NCBI GenBank assembly: GCA_046597055.1
Contig: JBKJLC010000164.1
Location: forward strand, 1-28,326
DNA length: 28,326 nt
Origin: Kofleriaceae bacterium
GTDB taxonomy: Bacteria > Myxococcota_A > Polyangia > Haliangiales > Haliangiaceae
Direction of reading: 5' to 3'
Position 1 is the first letter of the stretch, and each line of letters starts with the position of its first letter. The notes under the pieces are model-generated. The model was not told the DNA's origin. It searched no databases and was given only the letters and a program-made list of their open reading frames with translations. Below are positions 14,349 through 23,800 of this stretch, one piece after another. A program made the translations under genes and the position numbers.

Positions 14349-17204
14349 ATGGGCGAGCTGGGATGGGGCCTTCGCGGGCAGACGGGCGGCGGTGATCGCA
14401 ACGAGGAACGAGAGCTGTGGATCCGCGAGGAGCTCGCGCGCCGGCTCGCGTTTCAGCCCGTGCGCGAGATCGCCGCGATCTACGCCGAGTTGTACGACCA
14501 GTGGGAGCAGCGCGCGACGACGCCGCCACCGATCGCGCTGCGGCGGCGACCAGGACCGGCCGGCAAGCGGACGCGGACGCTGCCCCTGGCCGCCGCGACG
14601 CCGGCCCCACCGGGCCCGATGGTGCGGCGCGAGATCGACGGCGCCGGGCAGGTGACGCCGGACGTTGCGGAGGTGCTTGATCGCGCCCTGCGGGGTGCGG
14701 CCGAGCGGCTCGACCCGCAAATCCGCGCGCGGCTGGAGCAGTTGCTCGGGCGCGAGCTCGGCGACGTCCGGATCCACCGCGACGGGCCTGCCGACGACGC
14801 GGCACGCGCGCTCGGTGCGCGGGCGTTCGCGGTCGGGCGCGACGTCTTCTTTCGCGACGGCAACTACGACCCGGGCACGGCGGAGGGGGCGCGCCTGATC
14901 GCGCACGAGGTGGTCCACACCCAGCAGCCCGAGCGCACCGAGCCCGGTGGGCTGCAGCTCAGCAGCCCTGGCGATGCGTCGGAGCGCGAGGCCGACGCCC
15001 TCGCTGACACCTTCGTCGGCGTGCTGAGCGAGGCCGACCGCGCCCGCACCGACCAGCGCGCGTCCGAGGCCTTCGGCCCCGCGCGCCCGGCGCCGGCCGC
15101 GCTATCATCGTCGCGCCGCGCCGCGGTGTCGCGGGTCGACGAGCCGGGGCGCCGCCCGGCGCCGATCGCGATCCCGCCCGGGGGAGTGGCGGTCGATCAG
15201 GTCGGGGTGGTGGCCTGGGACGGGGCGCCTGAGCTGCGACTGCGCGCGACGCCGTCGACGACCGACGACAACACGATCGGCAATCTGCCGCTGAACACCC
15301 ACGTCCAGGTGATCAAGCGGTTTGCAGGCGACTGGCTGTTCGTCTCGACCCGCGACGGCCGCATGGGCTACGTCGCGGCCGCCTACGTGTGGACCGCGCC
15401 GCAGCACCCGCTGCCAGAGCCCAACGCGCGGCTCCACCGGGTTGAAGCCGGGGTGGAGGGCACCGCGATCGCGATCGCGGAGCGCTACTTCCGCGCGGTC
15501 GCCGACGACTGGGGGCAGGACCTCCGCTTCTACGTCAACGTGATTGCCGCGGTGAACGGCGTCAGCATTCCGTCGGGGGTCGACGGCTGGCGATCGGTCC
15601 ACTTCCAGGCCGGGCGGTTCATCTGGATCCCGAGCCTGATCTTCGCGCGCGGGATGCGCGGCCAGGTCAGCTCGGGCTCCTACACGTACGAGGCCGCCGA
15701 CGCGCTGGGCGTCGCCAGCGTGATCGAGCGCGCGGCCGAGCTGCTGTCCGATTTCCGGACGGCCATCGGGCTGTCCCTGCAGTACATCCCGGCCGCGGTC
15801 GCGCGCCATGCCGAGGAGGCGATCATCGCGGTCCTCCAGTCGCTCGCGCTGATGGCGGTGGGCGCGATCGCCCTCCTGGCGATCAGCACGGCGATCGGCG
15901 CGGCGATCGGCGCGCTGGCCGGCGGCGTCGGCGCGGCCCCGGGCGCGGCGGTCGGATTCGAGGTCGGGATGGCGCTGCTCGAGTGGATCGGGCTGGCGAT
16001 GCTGGTCGCGTGGCTAGGCACGTCGATCGCACGGATCGGGACGGCGTTCGGTGCCTTCATCGGCACCGTGTGGAACGCGCGCGGCGATCGCGCGCAGCTC
16101 GAGCTCGCCGCCCACCAGTTCGCCGAGGCGATCGGTACGCTGATCGGGGTGCTGATCGAGGCGCTGGTGATGTGGGCCGCGGCCCAGGGTGCTACCGCGG
16201 CGGTCGGCGCGCTGCGCGGCACCGCGTTCGGACGGGCGTTTGGCGAGTCGCGGCTCGGCACCTGGTTGACCGAGCGCATCGCACGGTACCAACGCGGCGA
16301 GACGACCTTGCCGGGCCCGCGCGAAGCCCTGCTGCGCGCACGTGCGCGCCAGCTGGCGCCACGCCTCGGGCTCACCGAGGCCGAGACGCTCGGGCTTCTG
16401 CGCGCGCTCGACGCCCCGACCCTGACCGGGCTCAAGGACGAGGTCGGCGTCGAGGGGCTGCGCTCCCTGGTCGGCCGGTCCGAGGGTGTGCTGGCGGCGA
16501 TGGCGCGCGCGCTCGCGATCACCGGCGCCGATCCGGCGGCGCGCGCGGCGCTGATCGAGGGCGCCCGGCTCAACGGCCGCGGCACGCTGTCGAACAGCGT
16601 GTTCGAGCAGGCACTCGACGCGTACACCGCGTTCCGCGCGCGCTACGGCAACCGGGCTTCGGGAGACTTCGCCAGCCGCTTCTGGCGTCGCCTGGGACAA
16701 GACACCCGCCAGGCCGAAGCCGAGATCCGCCTGGCCGAGGATCTCCTCGCGGGGCGGACGCCGCTGGGCGAGGCCAGCCGCGTCGACGGGTTACCCGAGA
16801 GCACGGTGGCTGGCGAGCGCGTGCCGGAGTACCGGGTGACCACACCGGAGGGCGCACGCCTGGTCGAGAGCAAGGCCATCGGCGAGCCGGGACGCCCCCT
16901 GACCGAGACCTCGGTCGGCAACAACGCCCGCAGCGCCAACCAGCAACTCCGCGACCAGGCCGGGCGCACCGGCGAGACCGAGGGCGGTCTGATCCGCCTC
17001 GACGGACGCGACGCCGGCAACACCGCGGCGACGCCGGCCCAGATCGGTGAGTGGGTCAGCGCGCGCATCCCGAGCCCGCGCCCGAGCCGGGTCACCGGGT
17101 GGGTCGAGGTCTTCTACCGCGACGCTGGCGGACGCACGATGCGCGTCGTGCTCCGGCTTGACGGCACCCGCTTCGTGGTCCACACCTCGGAGGTGATGCT
17201 GTGA
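14349..17204 (+). CDS. DUF4157 (eCIS core domain) polymorphic toxin: DUF4157-SH3b-LysM-like-hydrophobic region-putative nuclease C-terminus
   Basis: LGDVRIH..ARAFAVGRDVFF..YDPGT..G.RLIAHEVVHTQQ (HExxH 14904-14918) plus EREAD; SH3b LRLRATPST...GDWLFV..GYV; long Gly/Ala hydrophobic helices; C-terminal E...PEYRV...VESK. Confidence 0.85.
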   Translation: MGELGWGLRGQTGGGDRNEERELWIREELARRLAFQPVREIAAIYAELYDQWEQRATTPPPIALRRRPGPAGKRTRTLPLAAATPAPPGPMVRREIDGAGQVTPDVAEVLDRALRGAAERLDPQIRARLEQLLGRELGDVRIHRDGPADDAARALGARAFAVGRDVFFRDGNYDPGTAEGARLIAHEVVHTQQPERTEPGGLQLSSPGDASEREADALADTFVGVLSEADRARTDQRASEAFGPARPAPAALSSSRRAAVSRVDEPGRRPAPIAIPPGGVAVDQVGVVAWDGAPELRLRATPSTTDDNTIGNLPLNTHVQVIKRFAGDWLFVSTRDGRMGYVAAAYVWTAPQHPLPEPNARLHRVEAGVEGTAIAIAERYFRAVADDWGQDLRFYVNVIAAVNGVSIPSGVDGWRSVHFQAGRFIWIPSLIFARGMRGQVSSGSYTYEAADALGVASVIERAAELLSDFRTAIGLSLQYIPAAVARHAEEAIIAVLQSLALMAVGAIALLAISTAIGAAIGALAGGVGAAPGAAVGFEVGMALLEWIGLAMLVAWLGTSIARIGTAFGAFIGTVWNARGDRAQLELAAHQFAEAIGTLIGVLIEALVMWAAAQGATAAVGALRGTAFGRAFGESRLGTWLTERIARYQRGETTLPGPREALLRARARQLAPRLGLTEAETLGLLRALDAPTLTGLKDEVGVEGLRSLVGRSEGVLAAMARALAITGADPAARAALIEGARLNGRGTLSNSVFEQALDAYTAFRARYGNRASGDFASRFWRRLGQDTRQAEAEIRLAEDLLAGRTPLGEASRVDGLPESTVAGERVPEYRVTTPEGARLVESKAIGEPGRPLTETSVGNNARSANQQLRDQAGRTGETEGGLIRLDGRDAGNTAATPAQIGEWVSARIPSPRPSRVTGWVEVFYRDAGGRTMRVVLRLDGTRFVVHTSEVML

Positions 17205-17845
17205 GGCCGGACCGCGACCAGCCGTGCATCGAGGCGGTGATGGACACCTGGCGCAACTGGAGCGGCGCTGGCACCTGGACCTGGGCGCCGCGCACCCGAC
17301 CTACCGGCGACGCCGCGGCCGATCTCGACCGCTGGGGCGCGGCCCAGGTCGCGGCGCTGCTCGAGGCCCTGCGTCCGTTTGCGCGCGTGCGCGAGGCCCT
17401 GCTGGACGGGCCGCCGGAGGCTCCCCTGGTCGCGAGCGGCGAGTTCCGCTGGTCCGGCGAGGCGCCGCACGCGGAGTTCGAACGGGCAGTGATCGACGCG
17501 GTGCGCACCGCGTCGGGCCCGGTCACCACCATCGACCTGGCGTTCGATCTGCACGTCTGGGTGCGGACCGCGGCGTCGCCAACCATGCCGGTGCGCGGCT
17601 GGGTCCGCGGCCTCGGCACGGCGTCGCTGGTGGTCCGGCGTGCCGACCCGTACGGCGCGCTGAGCGTGCACCATACGCTGTTCGTCGACGGGATCCTGAA
17701 CGGCGATTCCAACGCCGAGCTGCACCGCCTCGATCAGCCGCTGCTGCGCGACGCCCTCGACAGCCTCGAGGCGCGGCTGGGACCGATCGTCGAGGTCGCG
17801 GGTGTCCCGGGGGTCGGGCGGACCGGCTTCGCGTCGGTCGCCTGA
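17201..17845 (+). CDS. Hypothetical protein, candidate immunity protein
   Basis: GTG start overlaps the toxin stop (GTGA, 17201-17204); 214 aa, no signal peptide, GC3-biased; alternative ATG at 17240. Confidence 0.7.
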   Translation: MRPDRDQPCIEAVMDTWRNWSGAGTWTWAPRTRPTGDAAADLDRWGAAQVAALLEALRPFARVREALLDGPPEAPLVASGEFRWSGEAPHAEFERAVIDAVRTASGPVTTIDLAFDLHVWVRTAASPTMPVRGWVRGLGTASLVVRRADPYGALSVHHTLFVDGILNGDSNAELHRLDQPLLRDALDSLEARLGPIVEVAGVPGVGRTGFASVA

Positions 17846-18055
17846 CGCGTCCCGGCGCTGCCAGCTCGATCGCGGCGGTCGACGCCGCCGGCCACGGGCG
17901 TGAGCGGGCAGACCCGTCTGGCGGTGCGACGTGCGCTGTTCGCAGGTAGTGCGAGCGACTGTTACCGCGCGAAGGTTCGCAGAACCGGGCCCAGCGCACG
18001 ACGATGGCCCCAGGTCGAGCGGCTGGGGAGCGCGCGCGGCCCGGAAGGTCCATTC

Positions 18056-20227
18056 ATGCTGTCCAGACCGCTGCTCTTGTCGCTCACCACCGCCGGGCTT
18101 TGGGCATCGAGCTCGGGGTGCACGCCGGGTGCCGTCGACGATGCGTCAGCCCCGCGCGCCGCCCCGATCGGCATCGTCACCCCGTGGGGACCCTTCACGC
18201 GCGTCGATCGGGTCGCGGTCGCCCCCGATGGCGTGCCCGATTTCATCCGCGGCAGGCTCGGCGAGGTCGCGCCGGCCCGCCTCGCCGCCGCACGCACGGC
18301 GGAGGAGGCCGCCGAGGTGCTCCAGGCTGCGCTGCCGCAGCTGGTCGCGGCCTTCGGCGTCTCGCCCGACGGGCTCGTCGCCACCAGCGTCCGGCGCGAC
18401 CGGCTCGGCATGACCCACGTGCGCTACGCCCAGTCCGCCAGCGGCCTGCGCGTGGTCGGCGGTGAGTTGGTCGTGCACGTCGCGGCCGACGGCCTGATCC
18501 GCGCGGTGACCGGCACGGCCCGCGACGTGGCTGCGGTGAGCGTGATCCCGGTCGTCGGCCAGGCCGAGGCCGCCACCATCGCGCGCCTCGCGACCGCGCA
18601 CGGCGACGTCGACGTGCACAGCACCGAGCTGACCTACGTCCTGACGACGCGCGACGGCCGTCCCCACCTGGCCTGGGAGGTCGGCGTGATCGGCCGCGAT
18701 GGGCTGCTGGTCATCGACGACGTCTACGTCGACGCGCATGACGGCCGCGTCGTCGACCGTCGCCCGCACGTCTTCACCGCGCGCAACCGCGAGATCTTCG
18801 ACGCCCAGGGCCGGTCTCCGCCGTTCTTCGGCAGCCCCGGCCCTCGCCTCGGCACCGAGGTCAGCCCGCCGACCGAGACCGTCGGGCTCGCCGCGTTCAG
18901 CAACACCGGGATCACCTACGACTGCTACCAGGACCTGTTCGGCCGCGACTCGTACGACGACGTCGGCGCCAAGCTGACCTCGGTCGTGCACGTGCGCTTC
19001 CGCACCCCGAACGGCATGAGCACCGGCAACAACGCCGCGTGGATCGGCGGGTTCGGCGGCGGCGGCGGCCAGATGGTCTACGGCGACGGCGACGGCACGC
19101 TGATGGGCCCCACCAGCGAAGGCTTCGACGTCACCGCCCACGAGCTCACCCACGCCGTGACGTCGTCGACGGCGCAGCTGGCCTACCAGAACGAGTCGGG
19201 CGCGCTCAACGAGGCGATGAGCGACATCATGGCCGCCGTGTGCGAGGCCTGGCGCGATCAGGCCGTCAGCCCCAACACCTGGCTGATCGGCGAGCAGATC
19301 TTCACCCCGGCGACCAGCGGCGACGCGCTGCGCTACATGGCCAACCCGACCGCCGACCGCGCGCTCTACCCGCCTGCGCTCGGCGGGTCGCGTGACTTCT
19401 ACGCGGATCGTTACGCCGGCACCGAGGACAACGGCGGCGTCCACCTCAACTCGGGCATCGCCAACCTGGCGTTCTACCTCCTGACGCAAGGCGGCACCCA
19501 TCCGCGCCAGCGCACCACGTTCGCGGTCCCCGGCATCGGCATCACCAAGGCCGGGGCGATCTTCCAGCGCGCCCTCACCGAGGGCTACCTCCTGCAGAAC
19601 TCGACGTTCGCGCAGGCCCGCACCGCCACCGAGGAAGCGGCCATGGATCTCTACACCGCCGCCGAGGTCGCCGCGGTCGGCACGGCGTGGGCAGCCGTCG
19701 GCATCGGCGAGCGGCCGGCGGTCGACACCACGCCGCCGCAGGTCGCCATCACCGCGCCGGCCGACGGCGCCATCGTCGCGCCCGGCGTCGCGGTCGACGT
19801 GACCGCTGGCGACGATCAGGGCGTGCTGCGCGTCGAGCTGGCCGTCGACGGCGTGACGGTCGCGATGGACACCACCGCGCCGTACGCGTTCACCACGGCC
19901 GCCGACCTGGCCGCCGGGCCGCACACGATCACCGCCACCGCGTTCGACACTGCCAACCAGGCCACCGCGACGATCGACGTCACCGTCGACAGCGGCGACG
20001 GCTCGAGCTGCACGCCGACCTGCCCGACCGGCGCGGTCTGCACCGACGGTGTCTGTGTGCCACCCGGCGCGAGCGCCGACGGTGACGAGGCCGGCGGCTG
20101 CGGCTGCACGACCGCAGCCGATCCCCGCGGCACGCTGGTCCTCGTCGCGCTGATCGCTGGCGCCTGGCGCCGGCAGCGGCGCATCGGCGGCGCGACGGCC
20201 CGAACCAGGCCGCGCCGATCACGGTAG
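18056..20227 (+). CDS. M4 (thermolysin/bacillolysin) metalloprotease with FTP/PepSY propeptide, Ig-like domain and MYXO-CTERM tail
   Basis: DRLGMTHVRYAQ (FTP), YVDAHDG (PepSY), NNAAW, HELTH, GALNEAMSD, GGVHLNSG; DTTPPQVAITAP Ig-like domain; GGCGC..LVLVALIAGAWRRQRR tail; RBS-like GGAAGG. Confidence 0.93.
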   Translation: MLSRPLLLSLTTAGLWASSSGCTPGAVDDASAPRAAPIGIVTPWGPFTRVDRVAVAPDGVPDFIRGRLGEVAPARLAAARTAEEAAEVLQAALPQLVAAFGVSPDGLVATSVRRDRLGMTHVRYAQSASGLRVVGGELVVHVAADGLIRAVTGTARDVAAVSVIPVVGQAEAATIARLATAHGDVDVHSTELTYVLTTRDGRPHLAWEVGVIGRDGLLVIDDVYVDAHDGRVVDRRPHVFTARNREIFDAQGRSPPFFGSPGPRLGTEVSPPTETVGLAAFSNTGITYDCYQDLFGRDSYDDVGAKLTSVVHVRFRTPNGMSTGNNAAWIGGFGGGGGQMVYGDGDGTLMGPTSEGFDVTAHELTHAVTSSTAQLAYQNESGALNEAMSDIMAAVCEAWRDQAVSPNTWLIGEQIFTPATSGDALRYMANPTADRALYPPALGGSRDFYADRYAGTEDNGGVHLNSGIANLAFYLLTQGGTHPRQRTTFAVPGIGITKAGAIFQRALTEGYLLQNSTFAQARTATEEAAMDLYTAAEVAAVGTAWAAVGIGERPAVDTTPPQVAITAPADGAIVAPGVAVDVTAGDDQGVLRVELAVDGVTVAMDTTAPYAFTTAADLAAGPHTITATAFDTANQATATIDVTVDSGDGSSCTPTCPTGAVCTDGVCVPPGASADGDEAGGCGCTTAADPRGTLVLVALIAGAWRRQRRIGGATARTRPRRSR

Positions 20228-20416
20228 CGCAGCAGCACCGCGTCGCCCCCACCGCGTCGTGTGCAGGCGAGCCTGCCGTGGTCGGGACCATCGCGACATC
20301 GATGTCACATGTCGAGGCGCCAAGCGGGCGCGACCAGTCCTCGCGATGCTGGCCCGCGCACTGCAGTGTCCCGCGGATACGCCACCTCGCATCCTCGCGC
20401 TCGGCTTCGCGATCGG

Positions 20417-20728
20417 ATGACCTACGCACAGCTCCCGCGCACGGTCGACGGGCGCGCCGAGACCCAGGTCGACGTGCGCACCGCGCGCGCTCCGCAGGGG
20501 CCGTGGAGCGCCGAGCGCCTCTACTCGCTGCCGGTCGCGGTCCGCACCGGCGACTGTGGGCCCGAGGCCAGCGGTCGGCCGTGCCAGCACTACTTCGCGC
20601 ATCCCGAGCATGCCCGCCCCGGCGGCCTGCCGTTCACCGTGGTCGAGCCCACCCATGGCGGTCGCCAGCACCTCTACGAGATCCCGGATGCGATGATCCC
20701 GGCGCCGCGAGCCGCGCCGATGCCGTGA
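20417..20728 (+). CDS. Small hypothetical protein or C-terminal remnant (DUF4185-like motifs)
   Basis: VRTARAPQGPWS and HYFAHPE resemble last-blade motifs of DUF4185-type propellers; GC3-biased; no RBS. Confidence 0.45.
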   Translation: MTYAQLPRTVDGRAETQVDVRTARAPQGPWSAERLYSLPVAVRTGDCGPEASGRPCQHYFAHPEHARPGGLPFTVVEPTHGGRQHLYEIPDAMIPAPRAAPMP

Positions 20729-20889
20729 CCCGGCGCGCGCCACGCGGGCAGGACCGGCGGAGCGGCCGGGGGCGCTGCACTGACTTCGGCGCGCTTCTGG
20801 CACTGGCACCGGCCAGACCGGACGCCGTCGCCACGGCGTGGCATGCTCGGCCGAGCTCGACCGTGTACTGAGGACGTCGGTCCGACCTC

Positions 20890-23800
20890 ATGCCCAGCGA
20901 GCGCGCACCCATGCTTGCCGTCCCTGGCTACACGCTGCAGCAACAGATCCACGGAGGCCGCCGATCCTCCGTGTATCGCGCCTGGGCGGTGAACGACCAG
21001 CAGCGGGTGGTGCTGAAGGTGAGCCCGGCGGCCTCGACCGACCCGACCGCGCTGATCCGGTTCCGCCACGAGTACCGGCTCGGCCGGACGTTCGCGCACG
21101 AGCACGTGCTGAGGTACCTGGCGCTCGAGCCCTGCGGCGAACGCCTCGCGCTCGTCGAGGAGGACGTCGGTGGCCGCGCGCTGGCCGAGCTGCTGGCCGA
21201 CGGCCCGCTCGGGCTCGACACGGCGCTGGACATCGCGATGAAGATCGCCCGCGGGCTGGGCGAGATCCACGCCCACGAGGTCATCCACCGCGCGATCTAT
21301 CCCGGCAACATCCTGGTCGACCCCGCCCGCGGGATGACCAAGATCTTCGACTTCGCCGACGCGACGTTGATCCGCCAGCACGCGGAGCCCGCGCTCCGGG
21401 CGCGCGACCTCACGCTGCCGCTCGCGTACATCTCGCCGGAGCAGACCGGCCGCATGAACCGCGAGGTCGATCATCGCACCGACATCTACTCGCTCGGCGC
21501 CACCCTCTATCACATGCTCGCGGGGCGCCCCCCGTTCCCTGACGACGATCCGCTCGCGCTGGTGCATGCCCACATGGCACGCGTGCCGGTGCCGCTCGCC
21601 GACCTCGATCCGCGCATCCCCGACGTGGTGTCGCGGCTGGTCGACCGCCTGCTCGCCAAGGACCCCGAGGATCGCTACCAGAGCGCGCCCGGCATCGTGG
21701 CCGACCTGGCCGACGCGCTGCGCCGCCTGCGGCTCAACGGCGAGGTCGACAGCTTCCCGCTGGGCCTCGCCGACGCCCCGGATCGCCTCGAGCTGCCGCG
21801 CCGCCTCTACGGCCGCGCCCGCGAGCGCCAGCGGCTGCTCGACGGCTTCGAGCTCGCCGCCGCCGGCGGCAAGCGCCTGTTCCTCGTGGCCGGCCACTCG
21901 GGGGTCGGCAAGTCGTCGCTCGTCCACGAGGTCCGCCGCCCCGTCGTCGAGCGCCACGGCTTCTTCCTGGCCGGCAAGTTCGATCAGCTGCACCGCAACG
22001 TACCCTACGCCGCGCTGCGCGCCGCGTTCCAGCAGCTGTGCGACGAGCTCCTGTCGGGCAGCGAGGACGAGCTGCGCGGCTGGAAGACGCAGATCCTGGC
22101 GCGGCTCGGCGCCAACGCCGCGCTCATCGTCGAGCTGGTGCCCGGGCTCGCGAAGATCATCGGCCCCCAGCCGGCCGCGCCGCCGACCGGCCTGGTCGAG
22201 TCGCAGCACCGCTTCACCGTCGCGGTGCAGCGGTTCGTCGGCGTGCTCGCCAGCGCCGCCCATCCGGTCGTGCTGTTCCTCGACGACCTGCAGTGGGCCG
22301 ACCCAGCCACGCTCCACGTCGTGCGCGCGCTGCTGACCAGCGCCGACCTGACCCACCTGCTGGTGATCGGCGCCTATCGCGACCACGAGGTCGACGCCGC
22401 CCACCCGCTCGCGCTCGCGCTCACCCAGCTCCGCGCCGCGAGCGTGCCGGTGCACGAGGTGGCGCTGCGCGACCTGTCGAGCGACGACGTCGGGACCCTG
22501 GTCGCCGACGCGCTGCGCGCGCCCCGCGACACCGTGGTCTCGCTGGCGCGCCTGGTCTTCGACAAGACCTCGGGCAACCCGTTCTTCATCGACGAGTTCC
22601 TGCGCACGCTGGCGCGCGAGAAGCACCTCACGTTCTCGACCGCGCTGCGCGCCTGGACCTGGGACCCGCGCGCCATCGAGGCGCTCGGCATCACCGCCAA
22701 CGTCGTCGAGCTCATGGTCGAGCGCCTGCAGCGGCTGGCCGAGCCGGTGCAGCGCGCGCTGCGCATCGCCGCGTGCATCGGCGATGACTTCGCGCTGTCG
22801 ACGCTGGCCCAGGCCGCCGACGCTTCGCCCAACGCGACCCGGGCCACGCTCGAGCCAGCGATCCGCGCGCGCCTGCTCGTGCCAGTCGACAGCGCGTACC
22901 CGTTCGACGAGCCCGGCGCCAGCGGCGCGACGCCGGGCCCCGACTACGCCTATCGCTTCCTGCACGACCGCGTCCGCCAGGCGGCCTACGAGCTCACCCC
23001 GGCGGCCGACCGCCCGGCGCTGCACCTGAGCATCGGTCGCCTGCTGCTGGCCCGGACGCCGCCCGCCGACCGCGCCGCCCGCGTGTTCGACATCACCGAC
23101 CAGCTGGTGCGCGGCGCCACGCTGGTGCACGACCCCGCCGAGCGCCGCGAGCTCGCCGAGCTCTGCCTGCTCGCGGGCAAGCAGGCCCGCTCGGCCACGG
23201 CCTACGTCGAGGGCCTCGCGTACCTGCGCGCCGGGCTGGCCGCGTTGCCCGCCGAGGCGTTCGCGAGCTGCTACGACCTGAGCTACCAGCTGCACCTGCG
23301 GGCCGCCGAGTGCGCGTACCTCGCCGGCGAGTTCGACGTCGCCGATACCCTCGCCGACGCGCTGCTGCCGCAGCTGCGCTCGCCGCTCGAGCGCGCCGAG
23401 CTCTACACGGTGCGCATCGTGCTCGAGGCCAACCGCACCCGCTATGATCGCTCGGTCGCGCTCGGCATCGAGGCGCTCGCCGCGCTCGGCGTCGACGTGC
23501 CGGCGCGGCCGAGCACGCCGGCGCTGCTGCGCGCGCTGGCCCGGGCCCGGCTGGCGCGGTTTCGCCGCCGCAAGGTCGACCTGGCGACGCTGCCCGACCT
23601 GACCGACCAGCGCCGGCTCGCCGCGATCTCGATCATCGAGCACCTGTTCGCGCCGGCGTACTTCATGGACCCCAAGCTGTTCTTCTGGCTGGTCCACGAG
23701 TGCCTGCGCATCTCGCTGCGCCACGGCAACGCGCCGCCATCAGCGGTGGGCTACGTCAGCTACGGCCTGCTGCTCGCCGCGGTCATGGGCAAGTACGAGG

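Noticed and set aside
20870..20889. Hairpin GAGG..GTCGG/CCGAC..CTC before ATG 20890 as a translational switch
   Set aside because: Short, imperfect and expected by chance at this GC content.
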